Under the pieces are notes generated by a model. That model was given only the letters and a program-made list of their open reading frames with translations. It did not search any database and was not told the DNA's origin. A stretch of 54,706 nucleotides of DNA. It comes from Chromera velia. Its lineage: Eukaryota. Where the stretch lies: assembly GCA_018398765.1 (NCBI GenBank), contig JAHBMJ010000202.1:1-54706 (forward strand). Direction: 5' to 3'. How positions within the stretch are numbered: position 1 is the stretch's first letter; every line of letters begins with the position of its first letter. A program made the translations under genes and the position numbers. Shown here piece by piece: positions 1 to 17,804 of this stretch.

Positions 1-4443
<4,443 letters not shown>

Positions 4444-4746
4444 TGGCGCATGCAATGCAATTAACGCACAGGCATTCGTGAAACAGATTGCATATACAGA
4501 TTGCTGGATTGCCGCATTGCATGGAGCGAATATACACACCAAACGAACGAAGCGGGCAAAGACACTCACTGCAGAGTTTGCACGTCAGTAGACCGCGGAG
4601 ATTCATTCAATGGAGAAATGCGGCCACCTGGCTGCGACGGCAATTCACAGATTTCCCGTCTCGTCGATCGATCGTCGATCGACGTGCTTGATTGACAGCT
4701 GAACGACGACTGCCAGCAGGGCACCCTACTCCCTCTGAGCATCACA

Positions 4747-4861
4747 ATGGCAACCGGAGCATCGGATGAGACAGAGGGGGAGGCCAGAGATGAAGCTAGG
4801 ACGGATCCACATCATCTCGACACAGAGACTGCCACAGGTATATATTGTATGTATATATACG

Positions 4862-4897
<36 letters not shown>

Positions 4898-6368
4898 CAT
4901 GTGCAGAGGGGTTTCGGTACTACATATATATGTACATAAAGTTGTTTGCCCTTTTCCTGCGTGTTCAACCGCATCTCTGCAAGATATCGGCGAATGTGTG
5001 GGGAATGCTGACTAATGTACAGCCAAGTACACAATACGAGTCGGCAGATGGAAGTGCAGGTGAACAAATAGATGTGTTCAGCATTCACCCATGCCTTCCT
5101 TTGCGGGACAAACGCTCAAAGCCTCATCTCCTTTTGGTTCTTCTTCCCTTCCTTCTCTTCTGCTTTTCTTTTTGCTTTCTGGAGCCCCTTTGGCTTTGCG
5201 ATTTACCTTCCTGAGAAGTCACAGAAGGACAAGGCATCACGGAGGGGGACCGGAGGACCTTCCTGCATACCTCAATGCATTGGGGAATACTGGAAACAGA
5301 AAGACTAGCGAAAAGTGTGTGGAAAGGACGGGGACGGAAATAAGTGCAATTTTCGATTACCGTCATCATTATGTTGTGTCGTCCACCTCCCTCCTTCCTT
5401 CCATGCACAGCCTCGTACACAGGCTGGCCTTCCCCAATTTCGACGGGAGCGCTGGGCGCGTCGCACTCGCTTGTGGTCGCTGGGGGGCGGGTGTTCACTT
5501 TTGGGGTTGGAATGGGACTCGGGTTGGAGGGGTCCGGGCGGCCGCGGTACATCCCGACAGAGATCCCTGGGCTGACGGATGTGCGGGACGTTTGTGCAGG
5601 CAAAGATTTCTCGCTTGCTCTGTTGAACAACGGAAGTCTGCTGACGTGGGGCACAGTCGGGGGTGTACGTGGGTCCGGATTTGAACTTCCTACAGAAGTG
5701 GAATCTCCAGAAGGAGGAGATTGGAATGGGACAGTCAGTGGGATTGCCTGTGGAGAGGGGTACAGGTAAATCTTAGCTTTACGTGTGCATAGGCAATGAT
5801 ACAGATAGACAGAAGAGCAAGAGGCAGATTGATCAGTACTTTGCGCTTCGTTTCCCTGACCTCCGACGACCATTGTGTGCTCTGCTTTGCTCAGCCGTGT
5901 CCTCTCTCTAGCAGATGCCATTTTCAGTCGATGGATGACTTTTTTCATGCCCCCCTCCTGCCTTCTTCTCTTTTCTTCTCTCCTCCCCTCCCCTCTCCTC
6001 TCCCGTTGTCGATCTGCAGGGCCGGATGGACAGACAGAGGCGCTCTGTACACGTGGGGGTCCAACGAGAACCGACAGTGCTGCATCGGACATTCTCAAGA
6101 ACAGGCGATGCACCAAATGACGGGAGAAGCGCCTCTCAGAATCGCGATGCCAACACAGGTAGAGGCGCTCAAAGACGTCAAGGTGGTGGGGGCCGTCGGG
6201 TACAGAGACCAGCTGCTGGTTCTTCCAGAGGACCCGGGGATGTTCTTCCTCTGCGGGAACCAGAAAAGTACGTCTATCTAGACTCACGTGTAAGCATCAA
6301 CGCGTACACAGTCTGGCAGCCGACAAGCACTCAGACTGTGCCCATTGGCAAGAGTGTGTGTGGGCGTG

Positions 6369-6411
<43 letters not shown>

Positions 6412-6716
6412 GCCCCCTGCTCCTCTTCTGAACAGGCCCTGAAAGTGAAATGCCTGAGCGGAATGAAGTCTCTCATCGGCTGGTGTTCGTCCGGAAAGGC
6501 GTTTTGTTTTCAGGTCAAAAGTTTTGCGGCACCGATCCTGCTTTTGCTGTGCGCCCCTGGCATTCCTCGACATAGGGCAAGAACTTGCTGTGCCTGTCAT
6601 ACGGTGTGCAAGAGGGCCCTCAGTAACGTAAGCAAGCAGTCAAACGCAAGACAATGCCCATGCACAAATACATGCACCTTTTTGAATAGACATCTCTCTG
6701 TGCGTGTGTGTGTGTA

Positions 6717-6768
<52 letters not shown>

Positions 6769-9700
6769 CGTGCGTGAGGGTTGAATTGCAGAACCCGAAA
6801 ACAGCGATGAAGAGAAGGGGCCCGAGGAAATGTCCCCCAAAAAAGTTCTTCTGCACTCCATTCGGGGCCTCAAGAATCACACACTCGTGGGGGCTGCGCT
6901 GGGTGAGTTGGACCCCCAATTGCATCTCTATCCTCCCAAAGTCCGTCGGTATATTTTTTTGATTGTGGAGCATGAGAATGAGAGAAGGAGACGGCTCTTC
7001 TTCATGGATGCAGATGGGAAGGAGATGTTGACCCCAAAGGTTGGCTGGAATGGGAAGGGGGAATCGTTGTATGACTTTGACTTTTCTGATAAGGGGGGGT
7101 TGCCTCTGGATGTTTTGGAGGTCGGCATTCAGAAGAATCGCGCTCTGGTCCTTCTCTCTGACAACTCTGTGAGGGCCTTCAAGGTCGAAGTGGAGGAGAT
7201 GGGATCCGCAAGGTTCATCTTTGATCCGCACCTTGTTGTCGAAAAACCAGTGCCAGTAGAAGCACTGCACAATTCCGCTCTAAGGTTAACCAAGACAATC
7301 AGTGTAGGAACAAACTGGATCGTCATCACGAAAGACGGACCCATGGGACCGTTTTTGCCTGATGACCATGTTCGAAACGAGACAGCTTCGTACGGCATTG
7401 GAGAAGACAAAAGCTCTCCAAAGCTTCACAGTTTTTCACTTCTGGAACGTCCTGTGTTGGCGAAAGGTTAGTTTAAAGATTTGAAGATCAATCGAACCTG
7501 TCGTTCTCTCTGGGTGTCTGTCAGCTTTCGCTGTCCTCTCTTTCCTCTGCCTTCCGTCACCCCCGTTTCTTTGTACTTAATTGTCATGCTGCGCTGACGG
7601 TGTGGCCGATTCTGCATGTGCTTTTCCTCTTCCTTTGTCTTTCGAGAACATTTGAAACATACGACGCTCCACATCAGTACATAAATCCAGAAGGGCTTTT
7701 GATTTTGTCGGTCCCACAAGCAGGCCCCCCCACGCATATGTGACGCTCGCCTTTCAACTGCACCTGTGCCCTTCAGCATCTTTCTTGTGTTCTGGTCCGA
7801 CTTTCTCGCTATCTCTAACACTTGATGCTATCACCACTATGAAAGCATCTCCTCTTTGCCTGACAGTCCTCTTTCTGGCTTTCTCTCCGTTTGCTGTGTG
7901 TGCGAAAAAAAACTGTCCGGCCGAGCGCAGGAAAATGGTGCGGGCATTCATGTATGAAAAAGAATTCTGTATGAAAATAAATTAATGCAGGAAGATGGTG
8001 TCGGCATTCATTTTCAGGCATTCATGTATGAAAAAGAATTCTGTATGAAAATAAATTAATGCAGGAAGATGGTGTCGGCATTCATTTTCAGGCATTCATG
8101 TATGAAAAAGAATTCTGTATGAAAATAAATTAATGCAGGAAGATGGTGTCGGCATTCATTTTCAGGCATTCATGTATGAAAAAGAATTCTGTATGAAAAT
8201 GAATGAATGCAGGCAGATGGTGCCGACTTCCGGAGCAATTTAACATCAATCAAGGAGCAGGTCGACTTGAAATATACCCAAGGGAGAAAATCAATTGGGC
8301 ACCCAGACATCCTCGATTGGGATTTCCTGTTATATTCTTGAATGCTGTAGGTACGGACGGCAACACATATTATCCCCGCAAATGGGTAGAGATGGGGGAC
8401 TATTTTCATTACAAGTGCAACGCCGAAGCAGAGCAAGGGCTTCTCTATCCTCCAGAAGCTGCCGAACAAAGCGGATCCATTTGCACTCAAGAGGGGGCGG
8501 GAGACGGGGAAGCGTCACTGATGCCTCCATTGGACGAGGTCGAATGCCGTCAGTCAACCTGCTGAATTTTCTATGATCGTATCATGTGAACTTTTCCCGA
8601 GGATTTCTTGGTGGTCACGTGCGACTTTCGATGGTTTTGCACACCACAGGATTTCTGTGTCAATACAGAATTCAACGTCTTTCCATCCACAGCAACCATG
8701 AATGGCAACGCATGTGCTTATTGAGTAATGTTCCACGGACAGCTGGGGGACTTGTGCTGAAGGCGACTGACTGCAGTCTCCTGTTTACCTGCTCCGCTTC
8801 CCTCCGTTCCATCTCTTTGTCTGTCTTTGCAACTGCATGCTTTGCTGTACGTGTGTACATTTGGTTTTTTGCATGTCTGCATGATACGTGCCCCATGGTC
8901 CTTTTCTTTTCCCTTCTGCCTGCCTGCCTGCCTGCCTGCCTTTCTGTTTCTGTGCGTGGAGTTGCAGGAGGATGCGAGGTTCCGGCGCAGTGGAACGGCA
9001 CTATTCTGAACCGCTCGACACTCCCCTTCTCTGTCACACAGAAACGACGGACCCGGCCGCATGCTGCTGATCAATGGGAGGCCTACAAAAGTGGAACGCC
9101 GATAGGCATCGGTTGGACCGTTCAGTTTGCCTGCTCCAACGGAAAACTGTCGTACAAGCATGCCGAGTGCAGCGTGGACGGGGACCGAAGCACGCCTGCA
9201 CTCTCCCCCAATGAAACTGAAGTCCTTTGCTGTGAGTCGAATCACCTGTCCCAGCCCTCTATCTGATAGTATACTTTACTCACCACACATCACGCGTCTA
9301 TCTGAAGCAGCTAGGCAAATGGACTGGCCTCGTCCCTTTCCAGGCCGAACGGAAGTCTGCGCAGTACAGAGACTGAAGAAAGAAAGAAAGTAGAGCGCAA
9401 AGATTCATTGCCACATAAAAAAACAAAAGTAAAGCAGCTTCCCTCACAGAATCGATCTAGCCGTTAATGTCCAATGACGTCTGCATACACATGTGATGGG
9501 AGGAAGTGTGAATGCATGCATGAATGCAGATGGGTGCAGGGTACCAGAGGGGCCCTCTTCTGTTTTCCTCCCCCTGAAAATGGAAGTCCGAAAGAAGGCA
9601 AAGAGCGGTCCCTGCGAAAAGGAGGCAGAGTCAGAGGGTGAGGAAGGGGAAGGAGAAGAAAGGGAGGCACAGATTCAGGTGCAGGAGGCAGATGAGTGGA

Positions 9701-11722
9701 GGGAATATGAGCAGGGGGAAGCAATCGGAGTGGGGGACCGACTGCGGCTCCGATGCGATTCGGGTGTCCTGTGTCTCAGCGACTCACACCAAAAGGCGGA
9801 TGAGCGGTTTTCGACTTCAGGTGTGGAGTGTCGGTGGAGCGCCGAGGCTTATCGAGATCCCACCTTTCAGTACCTCAGCGAGGCTTCAAAGTTCCACTGC
9901 AGTGCGTCAGTGACAGCGTATTCTGATTCCGCGTGCTTGATCAATTTAGTGCTTACTTTCTCTTCATGTGGACACAGATTCGCACATGTGTGTGCCTCGC
10001 CGATTGATCGCACCAGCCAGCTTTGAATGATTCAGAAGGATCGATGATACAAAAGAACAAGAGAGAAGGCCCACCCGTGCGTGCATTGATAAACGCGAAA
10101 GGCCCATCTTGCGTGACAGTCGCTGCATGCATGCACGTGTTTATACGGGTGAAGCACTCAGACTCATAGGCAAACACATGTTTGGAACCACATGAAGCCC
10201 GACAGGCAGACAAAGCGAAGCAAAGAGACAATAGAACCCTGACAGACACACAGAGACAAACAGATGCATGAGAATTGAAACCAAGGGCATGTATTGGGTA
10301 CAGCGGCGAAAGAAACGCCTCGCTACATCTCTGGATCGACCCTCCCATTCCGTTCCTTTGAATGCAGAGGGGTGCTCGGTGCCTGTGCAATGGCTTCGGG
10401 GAGAGCGTCCCGAAGGATCGCGTTACATTGTAGACATTTTGTCTATTCATCGCGCGGGCAGTGAGGAGAGAAAGAGCTTCCAGCCGAATATGACCACGGC
10501 AGTCGCCATCAACGACACTCTCTTTTTCACGTGTCCAAAGGGAGGGGTGCTCCACATAGACGGGAAGCCAAAAGTGTGGGGAGGGGCGACGTGTGTGGAT
10601 CCTTTCGGGAGCCGCGAGTTTGATGTCGACGTGTCGGACGTGAAGTGCGGTAAGTGGACTCTGGAATTCATTTGCCCATACGTCTCTCTGTCTGTCTGTC
10701 TGAATGTCTGCCATGCAGTCAATGTTCTCCCCTGTTTGTTTGTTTCTTTGTTTGTTTTGTTTCTTTGTTTGTTTGTTCGTTTGTTTGTTCGTTTGTTCGT
10801 TCGTTCGTTCGTTTGTCTGTCTGTCTGTTTGTCTATCTGTCTGTCTGTTTGTCGGTCTGCTTGTCTGTCTGTTTGTCTGTCTGTCCGTCTGTTCGTTCGT
10901 TTGTTTGTTTGTCTGTTTGTCTTGTCAATTTGGTCACATGCATGTTTGTTTCCTTTTTTTTGCGAGTTCGTGTGCCTGTCTTTGTTAGTACCTTTGGGCT
11001 TATCAGTCAGGTAGTCTGCGTATCTTTATGCCCTTGTGTCTGGTTATGCATCCCTGTTAGTCCCTCTCAATTTTGGAGGGTTCTGCCGCTCATTCATTGG
11101 GATACACAGCACAAGTGACTGTGGATGCCTGGGTGGATGCCTCCTACAGCCCGTGAAAAGCCTGGACAGCTCGGTGAAGAGGCTGTGCAAATTTTTGTCC
11201 TCGCTTCCGTCGAGCAAAGCTACAGATTTTGTCGCTGAGATGGAAAAGACTGCAACTTGAAATTGACCCGCCTTCAGCCTTATTTCCCCTCAGGCTTGCT
11301 GCACACGTCTGTGTGTGCGTTTGAGATTGTTAACGAAACGCGAATCTGGATGCACAAACTTATGCAAGACAGTCATCGTCACTGTTTGCAGGCTGCTGGG
11401 AGGTCACAGACCACTGCCACGCAGAAAGCAAATTTTATGAGGAACGATACTTCGTTGTGTCTGGTTGGATGCAGTTCGCAGCACCGGCGCCATTCTCTTA
11501 CGCAACTTTCTCTTGGCATTTGTGGCGCTTCTCGTGACCGGGGCCGTTTGGGTCCTTGTCTGGTACGACTCGAAAGAAAAGTGGCGGCTGCGCAGGATCG
11601 CCCGACGGCTGAACCTCCAGAGACTTGTGGTCCCTCCAGAGGGCGCGGACGTCAGCGAGATGATCACAGAGAAGCCCCGCAGTCTTGCTGAACAAGAAAC
11701 TCGAGCACGGCGACGAGCTTAA
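4747..11722 (+). CDS. RCC1-repeat / 4x Sushi-like / single-TM surface protein, paralog B (~952 aa)
   Basis: Exons 4747-4837, 5423-5765, 6020-6267, 6792-7466, 8213-8548, 8968-9231, 9530-9901, 10368-10649, 11475-11722 sum to 2859 nt in frame. Contains RCC1-like repeats, four exons each with a C-x2-P...(F/Y/L)xC...C...C pattern, TM FLLAFVALLVTGAVWVLVW and a basic tail. Exon boundaries are conserved with paralog C. Confidence 0.85.
7927..8225 (+). repeat. 74-bp tandem array of duplicated splice acceptor + exon start alternating with a TIR mini-cassette
   Basis: Variants of GCAG|GAAGATGGTG occur at 7927, 7987, 8061, 8135 and 8209, separated by GCATTCAT..GTATGAAAAAGAATTCTGTATGAAAATRAAT..AATGC (4 cassette copies). 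Confidence 0.9.
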
Positions 11723-13287
11723 CTATAACGCAGCGGTGACGGGTCAATCATAAAAAGGCATGACTGAGAATGAAAACATTTGAGCCGTTGTGATCTGGGT
11801 AGCCAGAGTCATCAACTGTTTTAATCAGTGTTTTTTTATCGATTAAACAGAAACTTTATTTTAAAATGTTACCTTGAGTGGACAAGCAGCAGATTTTTTT
11901 TTAATGTAATGTTTTTTCAAAAGTTCTAGTGTTCTTTTATTTACGTCGAAAGATTTTTTTATAAATTTAGAGTCAAATAAAAAACCATTTTAAATCTTAT
12001 AAAATTTTATTGAATCCTAGCTTAAAATGGTATAAAATCATTGTTTTATTTTGTAGTACTGCATCTTTGTTTCATCTTTGTTTCTTTTACTATGTGTATT
12101 TATGCGCATATGTAATACCGAAACCCTTTTGCACATGCACATATATGTAACACAGTATGTTCCTACATATAAACATATCTGCGGCAGTCTCTATGTCAAC
12201 ATGATCTGGATTTAGCCTAGTTTTATCTCTAATCTCCTCTTCTGAGAGTCTTTTATTTCTTCTATGCAATGCTCCGGTTGTCATTATGATTATGTGAGGG
12301 AATAGATTACCCTGACAGTGCTTCTTTAGCTGTCAATCAAACACGTACATAGATGAGACGAAAAATATCTGAATTGCTGTTAGAGCGAGGGGCTACATTT
12401 TTTTATTGAATGAATCTCTACGGTTGACTGATCTGTAAACTCTGCAGTGAGTGTGTGTTTATCTTCTTTGTTCGCTTCGTTTGTTTCACTGACGAAAACT
12501 CCGTTCCATGCAATATGAGACAATTAGAGACAATCAAACAATCTGTATATAATCTGTATACAATTTGTTGGTCCGAAAACTTCGTTGCCCAAGGCCCAGG
12601 CTGAGGGATAAGCCGTACTAAAAGTGATCGATAAGTAGATTTGCTCATAGATTATCGTAGATTTATATAGATTTGAAACTAACAGAACGAACTGGAACCT
12701 ACTGGAACCTTTTAACAGACTAAACTAGATCCACCCCTCATATATGGGGACGTGCGGCACGCATAACTAAAACCCCGATCATCATCTGTTTTTTTTTTTT
12801 TGCTGTTTCATCATCGGTTTCATCATATATATATAACTTTCATACACGAACGGGACGAACCGGAACCTTTGGACAGACTGCCCTAATCCGCCCCGCGTGA
12901 TCCGGCTGGGCCGGGACGCTTGAAAGGTACAATAGCGCATGCATGCAGACGTCCCCAACCGGATCCGCGGCATGGAGCTTGACGTGCGGCAGTTGACTCT
13001 AGCTCAAGAGGCTGGTCGATACACACACGCGATCTAACACGATCGATCGATCGGTTGGATTGCACGCACATGGACGACTGACCGTTTCAATAAGCAGATC
13101 TTCGGTGTGAGAATGGATGCGTCACGGTGATCCAACGGAGAAGTGCAGTCCCTGTAACGACAACAGATGTCCCGTCTCGTGCACAAATGTATAGATGTAT
13201 ATATAGACGGGGCTCTACTCGCATGATTTTGATTGACGACTGATCAACGACTCTACACAGGGCCCTCTCCTTCGTTTGAGTATCGGA

Positions 13288-15887
13288 ATGCCAACCGGAC
13301 CACCGGACGAAGTGGATGGGGAGACCAGTGGTGAAGGTTCGACGGACTCGGTTCATCTTAACGTAGAGCTTGATACAGGTCCGTATTCATTCATGTACAG
13401 AGGCTTCTTCACACCGAGTCTGTTTGCTGTTTTGCTGCATGACAGTGTAAGCAGAAGAGATAATGAGTCGGCACTCGCGGGCCTGTCAAGTCTCGGGCAG
13501 TGCACGCAGTGAACATCCACATGCATGTGTATGTTTACAGACCTGTACGTATCAAGTGAGTCGCGTTCAGCATGCATGCTTCCCATCATGCATGAATGTA
13601 TCGTGCATGAATGCTCCTGGCAGGCAAACAGCTGAGGGGTTCTGTGGGAACTCAGGAAGCACAGAGAAATACGCAGGATCAGAAAAGCAAGGAGACCACA
13701 TGTCAGAGTCGCCCCCTTCCCTCCGATCCCCCATGCAGCATTCCTTCCCACACGAACGCTAATCGCCGTCTCTGACGGACACGCATACATAGTGGCAGCT
13801 GGATGCATGTCTACACGCACATACACGCTTTATGTTCTTTCTTCAATGGGGAACTGCAGCACCTCAATGTCTTTGGATCACACACGACACTGCAGAGAGA
13901 GTGCGCGCAGGCGACAAGCAGCATCTCCCTGTTAACATCTCCTGCAGCTCCGTGCTCCTCATTCTTCTCGATCTGTGGCTGATTCTCTATGCCTGTACAC
14001 TGAATGGAAACATGCATGAACGTTGCCGCTGAGTGTTCATGCAGGAAAGAAGAGAGGCGAACTTCAAGCAACGACAAGGAAGCAAAACATAAATGGAGGA
14101 AGGGCCCTTATGGAAAAACAAAACAAGGAAGGAAAACATAAATAGAGGGAGGAAAACGAGGAAGGAATGGAGGGCCCTTGTTGGACGTCCCCAGCCGCAT
14201 CACCTTACTCTGCTGATTTCCTTCCCATCCTCCCTCCCTCTCTGCAGGCTGGCCTTCCCCAATTTCGGCAGCAGCCCTTGGCGAGTCGCACTCACTTGTG
14301 GTCGCTGGGGGGCGGGTGATGAGTTTCGGACACGGAATCGGTCTCGGGTTTGAATTCTCTAGGTGGTCGCGGTACATCCCGACAGAGATCCCTGGGCTGA
14401 CGGATGTGCGGGACGTTTGTGCAGGCAAAGATTTCTCGCTTGCTCTGTTGAACAACGGAAGTCTGCTCACGTGGGGAAAGATTGTTGGAGAATACGTCTA
14501 TCTGCCAAAGGAGGTAGATACTCCTGAGGGAGCGCAATGGAATGGGACAGTCACCGGGATTGCCTGCGGAGAGGAATTCAGGTGTGGTTTGTTCAAGTGG
14601 AAGTGGATGGTTGCACCTCACGTTTACGCACATACATGCATACCGACAGAGGCAGGCAAGTGGATGGCACCTCACATTTACGCACATACATGCATACCGA
14701 CAGAGGCAGGCAGGCAAAGAGGCAGGCAGTCTATGGAGATGGGGCGGAAGTCTTCTGACAAACTTCACTTCCCTTCATTGGTAGGGAGACACACAGGAAA
14801 ATCTGTGCAGGTAGAAGTTCACCTTACAAAGAAATCAAAAATTCTCCCTGTATTTCTTCCTTTTTCCTCCGGATGAGTCTCTCTCTCTTTCTTTCTACTT
14901 CACTGCTGTTCGGATACCGTCCTGTTCTCTCTGACTCTGCATTGCCTTACTTTTTTCCCGCTTTGCCCCCCCACACACTCACTCACTCACTCACTCACTC
15001 ACTCACTCACTCCCACCTCTGCAGCCGTCCTGTCTCATTCTCGTGTCTCTATCCATCTGTAAATTGCAAGCCGAGCATTAGATCTGTGCTGTGATGTGGT
15101 GCGATGTCTCTTTGAATGCTCTTTTCATCTGCACGCCCCATGCATTGGCTTGCAGCACAGCCTGGACAGACACAGGCGCTCTGTACTCGTGGTCCGTCGG
15201 GAAGAAGACCGTCTGTCTGCCCAAATCCACAACGCCGACCTCAAGGCCAATACAGGTAGAGGCGCTCAGAGACGTCAAGGTGGTGGGGGCCGTCGGGTAC
15301 AGAGACCAGCTGCTGATCCTTCCAGAGGACCCGGGGATGTTTTTCCTCTGCGGCATACATGCAGGTCTGTGAGCGGAATCATGTGCAAGTAGACAGAATT
15401 TCAGCTAGGTGTACTCATTCGCTTTTTCTCACTTAGAGGACACATATGTGTTCATTCACCCAAGGGATACAGAACCCCCACACTCACCTACCGCTTGCTT
15501 TTGTTAGTGAGAGATGGGAGATCCTCTGCAGGACTTGTGTCCGCGAATCATTCACTCATCAGTATGCACTCCAAGAGGATGTTTGTCTTTCTTTGGATGA
15601 CAAGAATGTTTGTTGCGTTTCCAAATACACTTCGGCGTTGTAACTCCGACCTCTTTCGCCAGTCCCATCTCTACCTCTCACTTCTTCACACTTTTCTCAG
15701 AAGAACGCAAAAATACACATGCGGTGTCTGTCCTTGCTTTGAAGTGCGATTGTCATCAGCACAGCGAGTCCCTTTGCGTTGTTCACCACGCTCCTTCGTG
15801 ATTCCTCTTTTACGTTACCTCCCGAATCTGTTTCTGTGCGTTTCGAGCAGCATTTGCTTTCATCTGTATGTATGTATGTATGTAAGC

Positions 15888-15926
<39 letters not shown>

Positions 15927-16000
15927 TGCGTGTGTGTGTGCGTGTGAGTGTGTGTGTGTGAGCGTGTGTGCATGCCTGTGTGTGTGTATCTGCATGTGTA

Positions 16001-16040
<40 letters not shown>

Positions 16041-16050
16041 TTTGTGTATA

Positions 16051-16087
<37 letters not shown>

Positions 16088-17134
16088 ACTGTGCACTGCA
16101 GAGCTCGGAGAAGGTGATGAGAAGGAGTCTGCGGTGATCTCCAGAAAAGACAGCAGCGCACCAAAAGTTCTTCTGCCCTCCATTCGGGGCTTCGAGAATC
16201 ACAAAGTCGTGGGGGCGGCGCTGGGTGAGTGCGAACTTACAGGCAAGAGTGACGGAGACCGTATTAAAGAACTACCTTTGAGAGACACTAGGGGACACTT
16301 CATTTTTCTGATTTTGGAGAAGGACGGGGAAAAGAGACGGCTTTTCGTCCTGGGTGCAGATGGGAAGGAGGTGCTTACATGGGACGGGGAATCGTTGTAT
16401 GACTTTGCCTTTTCTGACAAGGGGGGGGTGTCTCTGGATGTTTTGGAGGTCGGCGTTCAGAAGAATCGCGCTCTGATCCTTCTCTCTGATAACTCTGTGA
16501 GGGCCTTCAAAGTCAGAGTGGAGAATTCTCGTGGCTTCTTCCTCGGTACACACCTTGTTGTCGAAAAACCAGTGCCAGTAGAAGCACTGCACAATTCCGC
16601 TCTAAGGTTAGCCAAGACAATCAGTGTGGGAACAAACTGGATCGTCATCACAAAGGAGGGACCCATGGGACCGTTTTTGCCTGGGGGCGACAAAGGCCAT
16701 GGAACGGCGCAGTACGGCATTGGAGAGGGCTTTAAGGCTTTAAGGCTTCTCGCCTTTGGACCTTTGGAACCTCCTGTGCTGGCAAAGGGTGTGTCTCGTT
16801 TGGGAAGGAGCAGCGAAGTGTCTTTCTTTATCGTTCTGCTTGCGCCCCTTTCGCGAGGTCTTGGTCTGTCTGTCTGTCTGTCTGTCTGTCTGTTTCTGCA
16901 TGCATTCCCTTCTCCTGCTCCGGTGTTCCCCATCTCCTGAAAGAGAGAAAGCCACTTCGAGGTTTCACATCACTGTGCAGACCTCACAAGAATTTTATTT
17001 ATGTGTGTGGAATCGTTCAGAAAGCCCAGACGGCTATGTGACGTTGACATGATTTGACTGTCTGGCCGAGAATCGTTTTTCCTCTGGGCCGAATCTCTAG
17101 CTCTTTTTGGCCCTGCCCCCACCGTTTCTCTCCC

Positions 17135-17173
<39 letters not shown>

Positions 17174-17771
17174 GTGTGTGTGCTTATCGGCATGCAGGGA
17201 GGTGGTGCCGACTCCCCGAAGAGTTCAACAACGACCGAGAAGATCTCGAGGGACTGGGACAATTCCCAAAAGAACTGGTTGAGAAAAAGCCCAAGCAAAA
17301 GAAAGGATTTTCCCTCGTCCTCGAAGAGGCACAGCGCATAATCGGTCCCAAAAGGCCATACTGGCCCCGCCAGTGGGTCGAAGTGGGAGACGTTCTTCGA
17401 TATGCGTGCATGAATGAGCCGGTCGTTGATCAAAGCGGGAGCCTCCGATCAGATGAGAGAGGTCTTCTCTACCCCCCTCAGGCCCTCAGGCAAAAAGGAT
17501 CCATGTGCACTCAGACCGAATCGGGGGGGGAGGCGGAGATGGTCCCTGCCCTGGACGAAATTGAATGCAGTCAGTCAGTCAGTCAGTCAGTCAGTCAGTC
17601 AGGGAGTCAGTCAGTCAGTCAGTCAGTCAGTCAGGCAGGCAGGCAGTCAGGCAGGCAGTCAGCTAGTCAGCTAGTCAGTCAGTCAGTCAGTCAGGCAGTC
17701 AGTCAGGCAGGGAGTCAGTCAGTCAGGCAGTCAGTCAGTCAGGCAGGCAGGCAGGCAGTCAGTCAGTCAGG

Positions 17772-17804
<33 letters not shown>

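Noticed and set aside
5124..6287. 387-aa minus-strand ORF and similar antisense ORFs
   Set aside because: Shadow frames of the real plus-strand exons and introns.
7927..8225. CRISPR-like repeat-spacer pattern
   Set aside because: The intervening pieces are copies of the local exon start, not unique spacers.
14600..14715. ~57-bp intronic tandem duplication in paralog C
   Set aside because: No inserted cassette between the copies; ordinary local duplication.
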